The notes below the pieces were generated by a model, which was given only the letters and a program-made list of their open reading frames with translations, made no database searches and was not told where the DNA came from. Below are positions 19,252 through 28,382 of a stretch of DNA of 64,000 nt, one piece after another (the first letter of the stretch is position 1; each line of letters starts with the position of its first letter). The DNA comes from Thermoplasmatota archaeon (GTDB taxonomy: Archaea; Thermoplasmatota; Penumbrarchaeia; Penumbrarchaeales; Penumbrarchaeaceae): assembly GCA_965234725.1 (NCBI GenBank), contig CBDDUX010000063.1:15281-79280 (forward strand). The letters run 5' to 3'. Made by a program: the position numbers and the translations under genes.

Positions 19252-21876
19252 CTACTCTTCATCATCCGTTCCGGATGTAGTTAACTCATCTCTCTTCTTC
19301 CTTGAAATGGCCATTATGACGATCATGACAATTATCACCACCAACACAATGCTGGCTATTGCAACGAAGATAAGAATATTATCATCACCGTCGTCGTTAT
19401 CGTCATCATCACCAACATGACCAATGAGAACGGATATCTCTGCTGTCTCTTCATCCGATCCCAGCAATATTTCCCCATCCTTCTCTATCCAGGCATTGTA
19501 AGTCAGATGAGTGTAGGTTTTAAGGTCTACCTCGGATGCGTCCGCCCTGTATTTTCCTATCTCGTACATATCCAGGACCAGAGGGAACGGCAGCCCGCAT
19601 GCGGCGTTCTCTCCATAGTCACATGGCAGGATCCTTGCTTTGACAATAGCACCAGGTGGAACATTTGAGGCCTCCACAAAGATATACAGGATCTCTCCAT
19701 CCATTTCCATATAGACATTATCGATGGATGGATCTTCAGAGGTGTCAGGTAACTCTTTCGGAGTTGCTATGACCACAACACTCCATCTAAAGAAGTGACC
19801 CGATGAATTGATATCTATATGGAAGGAGTAGGTACCATTCGCTGTATCAGGAACCTCAACGGTCAGGGAGACATTGTCCCAGAACCTTACCCTTGTACTA
19901 TCAAGCGATCCGTTCTCAGCAACATCTCCTGAAAATGTAACATCATATTCCAGGTCACCCAATTTAACATCTCCCAGGGTGAGATTCCATCCCTCAGGGA
20001 GGTCCGGTGTGGAGATAGTGTAGATGATATCATCGAATGGAGAATCATCGAATTGGAACCTTTCAATAGTAAGGTTGACCAGTTCCTCACCAGGGGAACC
20101 TATCCTGAGAAGGTCGCTGCCCTCCTTTATATAGACCTCAGGTTCTGCTCCAGGCAGGTAAGATGTAGACTGGAGGACCTTCCCCATATCATCGTATAGA
20201 ACAGCAACAATACCTTCACCTTCATTAGGTAAGGGGATCGAAAAGTGGACAGCATTTCCAGGAGATAGATCAGAAATGGGTCTTGTCGAGATCGTCTCCA
20301 GGAACCGATGAGCGATCGGGATGCCCTCCATATTCCTCATATTGGAGTGGGTCTCCACACGCTGGACCTGAAGGATCCCTGAGATGTCCTCCGTATATAC
20401 CGATCCCAGACCAAGGGAGATATTCAACGATTCGGTCTCGGTTGTGATCATTATGTCTACGGGTGGAGTGTCCCTTGCAGAGGCATTCTCGATCATGGAA
20501 ATTAAATCAGTACGCATACTGCCATCCAAGAAAGATTGTTCATCTCCGCCTTTCATCCTATCGTAAGTGTGATCAACGAACATGTCCGGAGTGGACGTAA
20601 CACCAAGTTCGGTCGCTTTTGCCTGGGATGGAACATCGTCATAGACATACATTATGAAATCGAAATCGAGGATATTCTCATTATACAGCCTCTCAAGGGC
20701 CTCCTCCACATAAACGCAGGGACCGCATGTCGTCTGGGTGAACATCTCGACAAGGACCCTGTGATCCTCCCAGGTCGGAGGATCCCTGATGGTTATGTTT
20801 ATCACAACAGGGTCGTAGGGTTGTCTGTAGATCTCGGGGGCTTCCTGGTCGTATTCCACAGTGATCGTAACTGTATAATCATCTGGAACAGATGTGTTGA
20901 AGAGAACTGAGCTTCCGAATCCGGCATGGGGAGCAAGGTCCACCTCTGATTGAACTTTCTGATCCTCCCTACCGGTTATATTCACGATGACGGTTACATT
21001 GAAGGCTGTTCCGGTACCTCTGTTATTAACGGAGAAATCAATGGTGAGATTTGCTCCTGTGTAGAATTCATATGGATCAGCAATTGGTATATCCTCACCA
21101 TCATTCCCGAGATCAGCGGTAAGCTCCATATCCGGAATGGGCCACGAATTGACGGTAACTTCCCATTCTTCATATGCCATCATACCATCCTTATCCACTG
21201 TAAGGTTCAGAGTATAGGATCCATCGGAGGGAATGGAAACAGAAAGACTGAATTCTCCCGCGATATCGGTCGTTGTTGTATTTTCTATAGCTTCCCCGTC
21301 AACGGTCAGGTTGACTTTTGCTCCTGTGACATTCTCATCAAGATCATCTTTTACCTTCCCTGATACAGTGATCGTTTCGTTAGGGTATACTGTCGTACTG
21401 TCAGCATCAGCATCTACAGTAATCATCGTTGCCTTTCTGACAACTGTGACATTAAGTTCATGGGAATCCAGATCAGCAGGGTATATGAACGATCCGCTCG
21501 ATCCATAATCAACAAAGAAATGAAAAGAATAGAGAAGAGCAGGTTCCGTAGTTCCGTACCCACCACTGGGAATGAAAGCGTAGAATGTCCCTCCGTCCCC
21601 TGAATCGGTCATGGTGATCGGCGCCTCGCATAAACCTCCGGTTCCATCCATATTGTTATGGCATACCTGCATATCGATCCCAGTGATCGCTTCATCTGCA
21701 ACTAAAAAGGTTGCAGATACGTTGATTTCATCTTCAAAGGATGGATCCTCCGGATCAAATGCCACCGAAGAGAAAACCGGAGGAGCAGCCTCTGAATCTC
21801 CAGTTATCAATATTCCACCTGCCATTGACAGGATCAAGATCGAAAGGACAAGAAATGCATCACCCTTGCGTAACAT
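19252..21876 (-). CDS. Multi-domain surface protein with Ig/CARDB-like domains and Omp28-like thioredoxin CxxC domain, C-terminal TM
   Basis: ATG 21876 then signal peptide; VLVEMFTQTTCGPC; C-terminal TM followed by RKKR. Confidence 0.7.
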   Translation of the reverse strand: MLRKGDAFLVLSILILSMAGGILITGDSEAAPPVFSSVAFDPEDPSFEDEINVSATFLVADEAITGIDMQVCHNNMDGTGGLCEAPITMTDSGDGGTFYAFIPSGGYGTTEPALLYSFHFFVDYGSSGSFIYPADLDSHELNVTVVRKATMITVDADADSTTVYPNETITVSGKVKDDLDENVTGAKVNLTVDGEAIENTTTTDIAGEFSLSVSIPSDGSYTLNLTVDKDGMMAYEEWEVTVNSWPIPDMELTADLGNDGEDIPIADPYEFYTGANLTIDFSVNNRGTGTAFNVTVIVNITGREDQKVQSEVDLAPHAGFGSSVLFNTSVPDDYTVTITVEYDQEAPEIYRQPYDPVVINITIRDPPTWEDHRVLVEMFTQTTCGPCVYVEEALERLYNENILDFDFIMYVYDDVPSQAKATELGVTSTPDMFVDHTYDRMKGGDEQSFLDGSMRTDLISMIENASARDTPPVDIMITTETESLNISLGLGSVYTEDISGILQVQRVETHSNMRNMEGIPIAHRFLETISTRPISDLSPGNAVHFSIPLPNEGEGIVAVLYDDMGKVLQSTSYLPGAEPEVYIKEGSDLLRIGSPGEELVNLTIERFQFDDSPFDDIIYTISTPDLPEGWNLTLGDVKLGDLEYDVTFSGDVAENGSLDSTRVRFWDNVSLTVEVPDTANGTYSFHIDINSSGHFFRWSVVVIATPKELPDTSEDPSIDNVYMEMDGEILYIFVEASNVPPGAIVKARILPCDYGENAACGLPFPLVLDMYEIGKYRADASEVDLKTYTHLTYNAWIEKDGEILLGSDEETAEISVLIGHVGDDDDNDDGDDNILIFVAIASIVLVVIIVMIVIMAISRKKRDELTTSGTDDEE

Positions 21877-21934
21877 GAAAGCTGATTGTGATTGCTTCAA
21901 GATAAGTTTAACGTGAAATACAGTACCAATAATA

Positions 21935-21972
21935 TAAAAAATAAAAAAAAAGCCCACCCCGGAGGGTGGGCT
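21935..21972 (-). terminator. Intrinsic-type terminator (9-bp GC stem, UCCG loop, long U tract)
   Basis: Minus strand AGCCCACCC-TCCG-GGGTGGGCT-TTTTTTTTATTTTTT, 30 nt after the stop at 22002. Confidence 0.8.
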
Positions 21973-22001
21973 GGAGTATGGGAGGCTTATCGTTCTTTCA
22001 A

Positions 22002-23105
22002 TCAGAGACCATCGTTGTCTGAATCCTCGACATGGCCGTCGGTGGAGTCACCGCCGCCGGTCTCGACACCATCGATAAGCATGTCATTGTCGGTATCCCA
22101 GTCATTGGGATCAAGACCAAGGGCCAACTCGGCGTTGTCCCAGAGACCATCACCATCGGTGTCAGGGTTGTTGAAGTCGGTTCCCATGGCCATCTCGTCG
22201 GTGTCGGTTATCCCGTCACCGTCGTCGTCCACATTACCGTCACCATCACCATCACCGTTACCTCCCTGTGCCGGACCACTGCCAGCTCCGCCGGAATCTC
22301 CGCCGCCATTACCGCCGCTGCCAGTCCCGTCATTGTCGGAATCGGTGAGATGTCCATCGGTGGAGTCACCGCCGCCGGTCTCGACACCATCGATAAGCAT
22401 GTCATTGTCGGTATCCCAGTCATTGGGATCAAGACCAAGGGCCAACTCGGCGTTGTCCCAGAGACCATCACCATCGGTGTCAGGGTTGTTGAAGTCGGTT
22501 CCCATGGCCATCTCGTCGGTGTCGGTTATTCCGTCACCATCGTCGTCCACATTACCGTCACCATCACCGTCGCCGTTGCCTCCCTGAGCAGGGCCATTAC
22601 CTTCTCCACCGGAATCTGCTCCACCATTGCCGCCGCCGCCAGTTCCGTCATTGGAGAAATCCCAGGGCCAGGAATCATCAGGATCAAGCATTCCGTCACC
22701 ATCGGTGTCGGGGTTGTTGGGATCAGTGGGTCGATAAACGTTCTCACCGGTCTCACTGTCTACACCAGCAAGTCTGAAATATTCATCATAGTTCAGATAG
22801 GGGACCTCGACCTGAGTTCCGGTGGCGAACTCTTCACCACTGAAATAATCAAAATCATCATCTGCATCTGCGGGATCCGTGGGGTCAAGTGAATTGTCAA
22901 CTTCCCATCCATCGGGAAGACCATCGCCATCAGTGTCCCAGTTGTTGGGATCGGAACCTGCCACAAACTCATCGAGATTGTTCAACCCGTCCATATCCGG
23001 ATCGAAATCCCAGTCATTCCCCTTCAGGGGATTCAATGCTACAGCCATACCCATGATAGCTGTAAGTCCAAGCATGATTGCCAGACCAATTACTAGTTTC
23101 TTCAT
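22002..23105 (-). CDS. Secreted Asp/Gly-rich protein with TSP3-like Ca-binding repeats
   Basis: Signal peptide, GGAGG RBS, repeated DTDGDG motifs, 106-aa tandem duplication. Confidence 0.85.
   Translation of the reverse strand: MKKLVIGLAIMLGLTAIMGMAVALNPLKGNDWDFDPDMDGLNNLDEFVAGSDPNNWDTDGDGLPDGWEVDNSLDPTDPADADDDFDYFSGEEFATGTQVEVPYLNYDEYFRLAGVDSETGENVYRPTDPNNPDTDGDGMLDPDDSWPWDFSNDGTGGGGNGGADSGGEGNGPAQGGNGDGDGDGNVDDDGDGITDTDEMAMGTDFNNPDTDGDGLWDNAELALGLDPNDWDTDNDMLIDGVETGGGDSTDGHLTDSDNDGTGSGGNGGGDSGGAGSGPAQGGNGDGDGDGNVDDDGDGITDTDEMAMGTDFNNPDTDGDGLWDNAELALGLDPNDWDTDNDMLIDGVETGGGDSTDGHVEDSDNDGL
22012..22651. repeat. 318-bp intragenic tandem duplication
   Basis: 22039-22211 identical to 22357-22529; offset 318 bp = 106 codons; outer boundaries approximate. 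Confidence 0.9.
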
Positions 23106-23367
23106 TTCAAAGCCTCCATTTACTATCTACAAGATACCATTCGCTGTTTATGATATATATAGCTTTTGAAACGAACGCTGAACAGAATCCTGAAAAATGA
23201 GATCGAGGACATGAGAGAAAAAATGAAATAATCACATTTTTAATATATAAGAAATAATCTTATATTATAATCTTAAATAATATTTAAATGAAATAAAATA
23301 ATTGGGGAAAAAAGATCCGGAGTTTATTCCCGGACCTTGATCCCAATCGAAAATAGATCCTTCCGAT

Positions 23368-23706
23368 CTAACTTGAAAGAAGTGGATTCCAGCTGAGTTT
23401 CACAGGAGCATCTGTCCTGTCCATCTCAAGTGTTACCCTTAGTTCATTGTTGTAGAATTCTACGTAGAAACCCCTTACAAGCGATGTATACCTGGTTACC
23501 CTCTTACCGTAAGAGGTCAGCTTCCTATCGAGAGGAGCGATCAACCCGGAGATCTCAAGCTCCTTGATCTTCTTGTAGGTACCTGCAAGCGGTGTTCCCA
23601 GATCTATCGAGAGCTCCTGCGCGGTGCAGGGTCTCTTCTGAGTAGCGGCTATTATCTTGAGTGCATTCCCGTCGGACAATATCTTGGATGTCTCGAGTAT
23701 CTTCAT
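23368..23706 (-). CDS. Winged helix-turn-helix (ArsR-like) regulator
   Basis: TAQELSIDLGTPLAGTYKKIKELEISGLI HTH with GKR wing. Confidence 0.8.
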   Translation of the reverse strand: MKILETSKILSDGNALKIIAATQKRPCTAQELSIDLGTPLAGTYKKIKELEISGLIAPLDRKLTSYGKRVTRYTSLVRGFYVEFYNNELRVTLEMDRTDAPVKLSWNPLLSS

Positions 23707-23847
23707 GGTTATTTTCCCCCGTATGTGCATACATATACATACTTGCATATATATGTTTCGTCATATGCATGAATATTCATAGATGTTGATATATGCTATA
23801 TGGAATTTTCGCGGGTTTTTTACCCTCATATACCCCTTCAAGGGTCA

Positions 23848-24345
23848 ATGAAGGCCGGATCGAAGGGGAAAAACGGGTTTGTTGTCGATGAAATGCTTTG
23901 GAAACTGGGGAGGTTCCTCAGGATAGCTGGCTTCGATACATTGATGCCTCGACCGACCACTGATGAGGAGCTTGCAAAGATCTCCATGGATGAAGGTAGG
24001 GTCCTGCTCACCAGGGACAAGGACCTTTCGAACAGGAATGATGTGATCTCATTCAGGATCAGGGAAGAACACCTTGTTGATCAGTTAAAGGAACTTAAAG
24101 ATGGACTCGATCTAGGGTTATTCAAGAGAAATGGATCAAGATGTCCTTCCTGCGGGTACATTCTTCGATCCAAGATGAAAGAGGAATTTGGACAGGACAT
24201 ACCTTCCGGCATACCTCCAAAGGTTTTCGATAGGATCGATATGTACTATGTATGTACAAAATGTGGGAAGTCATACTGGAGGGGAAAGCACTGGGATGGG
24301 ATATCCAACGTTCTAGATAAGTTCGACCTTCTTCCGGACCAATGA
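23848..24345 (+). CDS. Mut7-C RNase (PIN-like) domain protein
   Basis: FVVDEMLWKLGRFLRIAGFD, LLTRD, RCPSC...CTKCGKSYWRGKH. Confidence 0.88.
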   Translation: MKAGSKGKNGFVVDEMLWKLGRFLRIAGFDTLMPRPTTDEELAKISMDEGRVLLTRDKDLSNRNDVISFRIREEHLVDQLKELKDGLDLGLFKRNGSRCPSCGYILRSKMKEEFGQDIPSGIPPKVFDRIDMYYVCTKCGKSYWRGKHWDGISNVLDKFDLLPDQ

Positions 24346-24384
24346 CTAGACCCAAAGATTATTCTATATCGTACCATTAGCAAG

Positions 24385-25182
24385 TTGGAAAATGGATCGG
24401 AGCAGATGATCGTCGACGAGATGACCTACAGAGAGATCTACAACGATCTCAGACATTACGAGGACATTGACAGACTCTATAAGAGATATAAGAGGTCAAA
24501 GAAGTACAGCTGGGAATTCTTTCTGGTAGTATATACCCAGAGGGCCATCAGGGATGTGACAGCTAACTTCCAGAGGGTCAAGTCCAAGTCAAGGGCCCTT
24601 CAGAATAAATGGAAGAAGGGAATATCCCTCTTGGAGATATCACAGGAGCTCGATTTCTCACCTGTGATGACAGCGTTCATTATACTGACAAGCCAGGAAT
24701 ACGGTAGGACCGGATTCAGGAAAATGATCAATGATCCAGGTTCCGTGGAGGACAAACGACTCTCAAGAGAGCTCAGGGAGATAAGGGAAAAGGATCCTAT
24801 CTATTCACCTGAGGGCAACGAGGTCCAGAGGAAGAGGGGTGTGAAAGGGGAAGCAATCCTGAAGACATGGCTTGACAGGCAAGATGTGAAATACAAGCGA
24901 GAGGAGGACCTGAGAGAACAGGGGGGCAAGACACCTGATTTCCTGCTTGAGAAAAATATATACTTCAGGGGGGAAGAGGTGAACTGGATAGAGTCAAAGG
25001 GATCCTTCGGCGATCTCCGAGAGATCAATAAGAACCTGAAGAAACAGCTAAGGTCCTACAGAGAGCTATTCGGTCCTGGAATGGTGGTGTATTGGTTCGG
25101 TGTGGTCGATGATGCACCAGTGGAAGAGGGGATCGTCATCGAGACCAGAGAGGTGCTTGACGATCATTGGGATTTCGATTGA
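24385..25182 (+). CDS. C15orf41/CDIN1-family PD-(D/E)XK nuclease
   Basis: KTPDFLL...WIESKGSFGD...KQLxSYxELFGPGMVVYWFG. Confidence 0.85.
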   Translation: MENGSEQMIVDEMTYREIYNDLRHYEDIDRLYKRYKRSKKYSWEFFLVVYTQRAIRDVTANFQRVKSKSRALQNKWKKGISLLEISQELDFSPVMTAFIILTSQEYGRTGFRKMINDPGSVEDKRLSRELREIREKDPIYSPEGNEVQRKRGVKGEAILKTWLDRQDVKYKREEDLREQGGKTPDFLLEKNIYFRGEEVNWIESKGSFGDLREINKNLKKQLRSYRELFGPGMVVYWFGVVDDAPVEEGIVIETREVLDDHWDFD

Positions 25183-25766
25183 TCATTTTCTAATTTGTAT
25201 CTGATGATACTATTCTTGAGTTCATCCATGGTCCTTCCCTCGATTATCTCATAATCATGGAACTCCACCCTATCCTTATCCTTTAAAAGGGATGCAAGGT
25301 CAAGCATCATTCTGATCCTACCCTCCCGATCCATGGGGAGAGACTTGTTGGGATCCACTTCCCCTCCTTGGAGTGGTATGAAAAGGAGTAGGTGTATATC
25401 TGGTAGCGCTTTCAGGACATACCAGGCCATCTCGGTCACCAGGTCAGCATCTACATCACCGGAGACAATGAAGGTCCCTCTGGAAGGATCGAACTCAATT
25501 ACCCTGAGAACAGATGAAGGTGGTATCTCCTTCTCGGTCAAGACCTTGAACTGGATGAAACCATCGATAGACCTCATGCAGATGGAAGATGCGGATGGGA
25601 TCACGACTCCTTTTTCCTTTATGCTTTCCATAAGTTCGGACATCCTGTCCATTACCGGAATGTCCGGAGGTCTAACTGCCACCTTCATGGTGGAGTTGTT
25701 GAGAGATAAAGGTCCGGGAGGTGCAAGTCCCTGTCCGGGATCCAACTTCATGATATCTCTTTTCAT
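25164..25766 (-). CDS. Hypothetical protein downstream of nrdJ
   Basis: ATG 8 nt after nrdJ stop; about 200 aa; no recognised motif. Confidence 0.6.
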   Translation of the reverse strand: MKRDIMKLDPGQGLAPPGPLSLNNSTMKVAVRPPDIPVMDRMSELMESIKEKGVVIPSASSICMRSIDGFIQFKVLTEKEIPPSSVLRVIEFDPSRGTFIVSGDVDADLVTEMAWYVLKALPDIHLLLFIPLQGGEVDPNKSLPMDREGRIRMMLDLASLLKDKDRVEFHDYEIIEGRTMDELKNSIIRYKLENDQSKSQ

Positions 25767-25774
25767 TTCAACAC

Positions 25775-28063
25775 TCAGGAACATTTTGAATAATAGCAGG
25801 AATGACAGATAGAGCATCCATCCTGATATACAAGGGAGTTACCGCATTCCGGACAGACACCCACAATTATCCCATCATCATCTGAATGAATATCATCACC
25901 ATTGTCCTGATCAGAATAGAATTCAAGGGTGGGTGCAGTTGTCCTCTCCTCTTCTATGGAGGGGGGTTGACCCATAAGATACTTCTCCATTGCCCTTGCC
26001 ATCCCATCCGGGCATGAAAGGACCGCTTCTTCCGCCATACCCAGGGGAGCGTTCTTGGGGTTTGGACACCTGATACCTTTCAATTGTTTTACGATCTGCC
26101 ACGGATCGACCCCGGACCTCATTGCCAGAGAGGCCTGCCTTGCAAGGGCCTCTATCTGTGCAGCTGCACAGCCTCCGCCCTTCCCCAGGTTGGCGAACAT
26201 TTCGAACGGACCGAACCTGTCAGCATTGATCGTCACATAGAGAGCACCGCAACCAGTATCCACCCTCCCGGTTACACCCTGGATGATCTTTGGTCTTTCC
26301 CTGGGTTTCAGGACACCCGTGTCCATACCTGTCTTCTTCTTCTTTATGGTGGACAGGACCTGTTCCTCTCTAGAACCGTCCCGGTATATTGTAACTCCTT
26401 TACAGCCAAGTTCATATGCAAGCATATAGACCTTCTTCACATCTTCCTTCGTGGCCTCATGGGGAAAGTTCACTGTCTTGGAAACCGCATTGTCAGTGTA
26501 CCTCTGGAAGGCCGCTTGCATCTTGGTGTGCCATTCAGGAGTTATATCATGAGCGGTCGCGAAGATTGTCTGGTACTTCTCAGGGACTGATTGGATCCCT
26601 CGGACGGTTCCCTTATCGGAAATCTTTTGCATAAGATCCTCACTGAAGAAACCCTCTCTTATCGCCACTTCTTTGAAGTAGGAATGGGCCTCCACCATCT
26701 GTGTCCTGTCCATTACGGTCCTTTTGAACACAAGGGCAAAGAGAGGTTCAACACCGGATGAGGCTCCTGCAATGATTGATATAGTACCTGTTGGTGCAAT
26801 TGTGGTTGTGGTGGCGTTCCTTATGGGTTCCGCCCCTTTTTTATCGAAAATGGAACCCTTGAAGTTGGGAAAAGGACCCCTGACCTTGGCCAGTTCCATT
26901 GACATCTTTGTGGATTCCTCCTTGATGAAGGACATGACCTCATTTGCCATCTCCACAGCTTTCTCGGAATCGTAGGGAACTCCAAGTTTGAACAAGAGAT
27001 CGGCCCACCCCATTAAACCAAGCCCTATCTTTCGGTTTCCCTTGGTATTCTCCTCTATTTCAGGAAGAGGAAAATTGTTCATATCGATCACATTGTCAAG
27101 AAAATGAACGGAATTTCTTGTCACTTCCCTGAGTTGGTCCCAATCCAATTTCCCGTCCTTGACCATGACAGATAGATTGACAGAACCCAGATTGCACGAT
27201 TCATAAGGCAGAAGGGGTTGTTCTCCGCAGGGATTGGTGGACTCTATCTCCCCCACATGAGGGGTTGGATTGTCTCTGTTGATCCGGTCTATGAACACTA
27301 TCCCGGGTTCTCCGTTCTTGTGAGCCTGATTGACAATTAGTTCGAAGATCTCCGGAGCGGATTCTTTACCAACATTCCTTCTATCCCTGGGATTGACAAG
27401 ATCGTATTCTCCTCCATTCTTCAGGGCATCCATGAATTTATCGGTCAATGCAACGGAGATGTTGAAATTGTTCAGTTTCTTGTTATCATCCTTTGCAGTG
27501 ATGAAATCCCTGATATCCGGGTGGTCCACTCTGAGAATTGCCATATTAGCTCCTCTTCGGGTCCCACCTTGTTTGATCACATCAGTTGCAGAATCGAAGA
27601 CCTGCATGAAGGATATGGGACCTGAAGAGACGCCCTTGGTGGATTTCACAAGATCGTTCTTCGGTCTTATCCTGGAGAAAGAGAAACCAGTCCCACCTCC
27701 GGATTTATGGATCATTGCTGTATGTTTTACCGTCTCGAAGATACCGGGGAGGGAATCTTCTATGGGGAGAACGAAACAGGCCGATAACTGCTGGAGTTCC
27801 CTTCCTGCATTCATAAGTGTCGGGGAGTTTGGTAGGAATTCCCTGTTGATCATCATATTATAGAAAACCTCAGCGGTAGCGTCCAAATTCGCCTTCTTGT
27901 CATAAATGGTGTCCGCTTTTGCTATATTCTCTGCTACCCGGAAGTACAACTCCTTCGGTGTTTCCACAACTTTCCCGGTGTCGTCCTTCCTCAAGTACCT
28001 TCTCTTCAATACTGTTAGTGAGTTCTCGGTGAGATTGGGTTCCCTGAGCCGTTCGATATTCAT
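25775..28063 (-). CDS. nrdJ: Class II (adenosylcobalamin-dependent) ribonucleotide reductase with C-terminal TSCPD/Zn ribbon
   Basis: PNSPTLMNAG, LSACFV, TNPCGEQPL, IAPTGT, LSCPD, terminal CPEC...CHSC...C. Confidence 0.95.
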   Translation of the reverse strand: MNIERLREPNLTENSLTVLKRRYLRKDDTGKVVETPKELYFRVAENIAKADTIYDKKANLDATAEVFYNMMINREFLPNSPTLMNAGRELQQLSACFVLPIEDSLPGIFETVKHTAMIHKSGGGTGFSFSRIRPKNDLVKSTKGVSSGPISFMQVFDSATDVIKQGGTRRGANMAILRVDHPDIRDFITAKDDNKKLNNFNISVALTDKFMDALKNGGEYDLVNPRDRRNVGKESAPEIFELIVNQAHKNGEPGIVFIDRINRDNPTPHVGEIESTNPCGEQPLLPYESCNLGSVNLSVMVKDGKLDWDQLREVTRNSVHFLDNVIDMNNFPLPEIEENTKGNRKIGLGLMGWADLLFKLGVPYDSEKAVEMANEVMSFIKEESTKMSMELAKVRGPFPNFKGSIFDKKGAEPIRNATTTTIAPTGTISIIAGASSGVEPLFALVFKRTVMDRTQMVEAHSYFKEVAIREGFFSEDLMQKISDKGTVRGIQSVPEKYQTIFATAHDITPEWHTKMQAAFQRYTDNAVSKTVNFPHEATKEDVKKVYMLAYELGCKGVTIYRDGSREEQVLSTIKKKKTGMDTGVLKPRERPKIIQGVTGRVDTGCGALYVTINADRFGPFEMFANLGKGGGCAAAQIEALARQASLAMRSGVDPWQIVKQLKGIRCPNPKNAPLGMAEEAVLSCPDGMARAMEKYLMGQPPSIEEERTTAPTLEFYSDQDNGDDIHSDDDGIIVGVCPECGNSLVYQDGCSICHSCYYSKCS

Positions 28064-28382
28064 TTCCTGCCACCATCCTTCCTGAAAGTGTACCCTAAGA
28101 GGTCTATAAACCCGGAGCGCGGACCGCCCCCATCTCCCCGACAGATAGGAGCTGCCCAAAAAGTAGCCGTTCCAATACCCAGGCACACCTTCCGGAACCG
28201 GTAAATTCTACGATGGAAGGAGCGATTATAAGGATGATTGACAGTGGACCAAAAGTATTTTGCGAACACAATGAATCAATTGATGATTGGGGTGTTTTGT
28301 GGGGATTTTTCCACATTTTCGGAATGGGGTAGAAAAGAATATATTATTAGTTGGACAAGTAGTGAGTACCTGGTGAGAAGGG

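Noticed and set aside
21892..22892. Long + strand ORFs (231 and 286 aa)
   Set aside because: Antisense shadows of the repetitive Asp/Gly-rich gene.
23200..23310. Replication origin in the AT-rich stretch
   Set aside because: No repeated ORB-like motifs and no cdc6/orc1 nearby; more simply a promoter/terminator region.
28064..28186. N-terminal extension of NrdJ in the ORF track
   Set aside because: Composition is not RNR-like; ATG 28063 has a purine-rich RBS and matches the expected start.
28064..28215. Canonical cobalamin riboswitch
   Set aside because: Conserved B12-box elements not recognisable; kept only as an unassigned structured leader.
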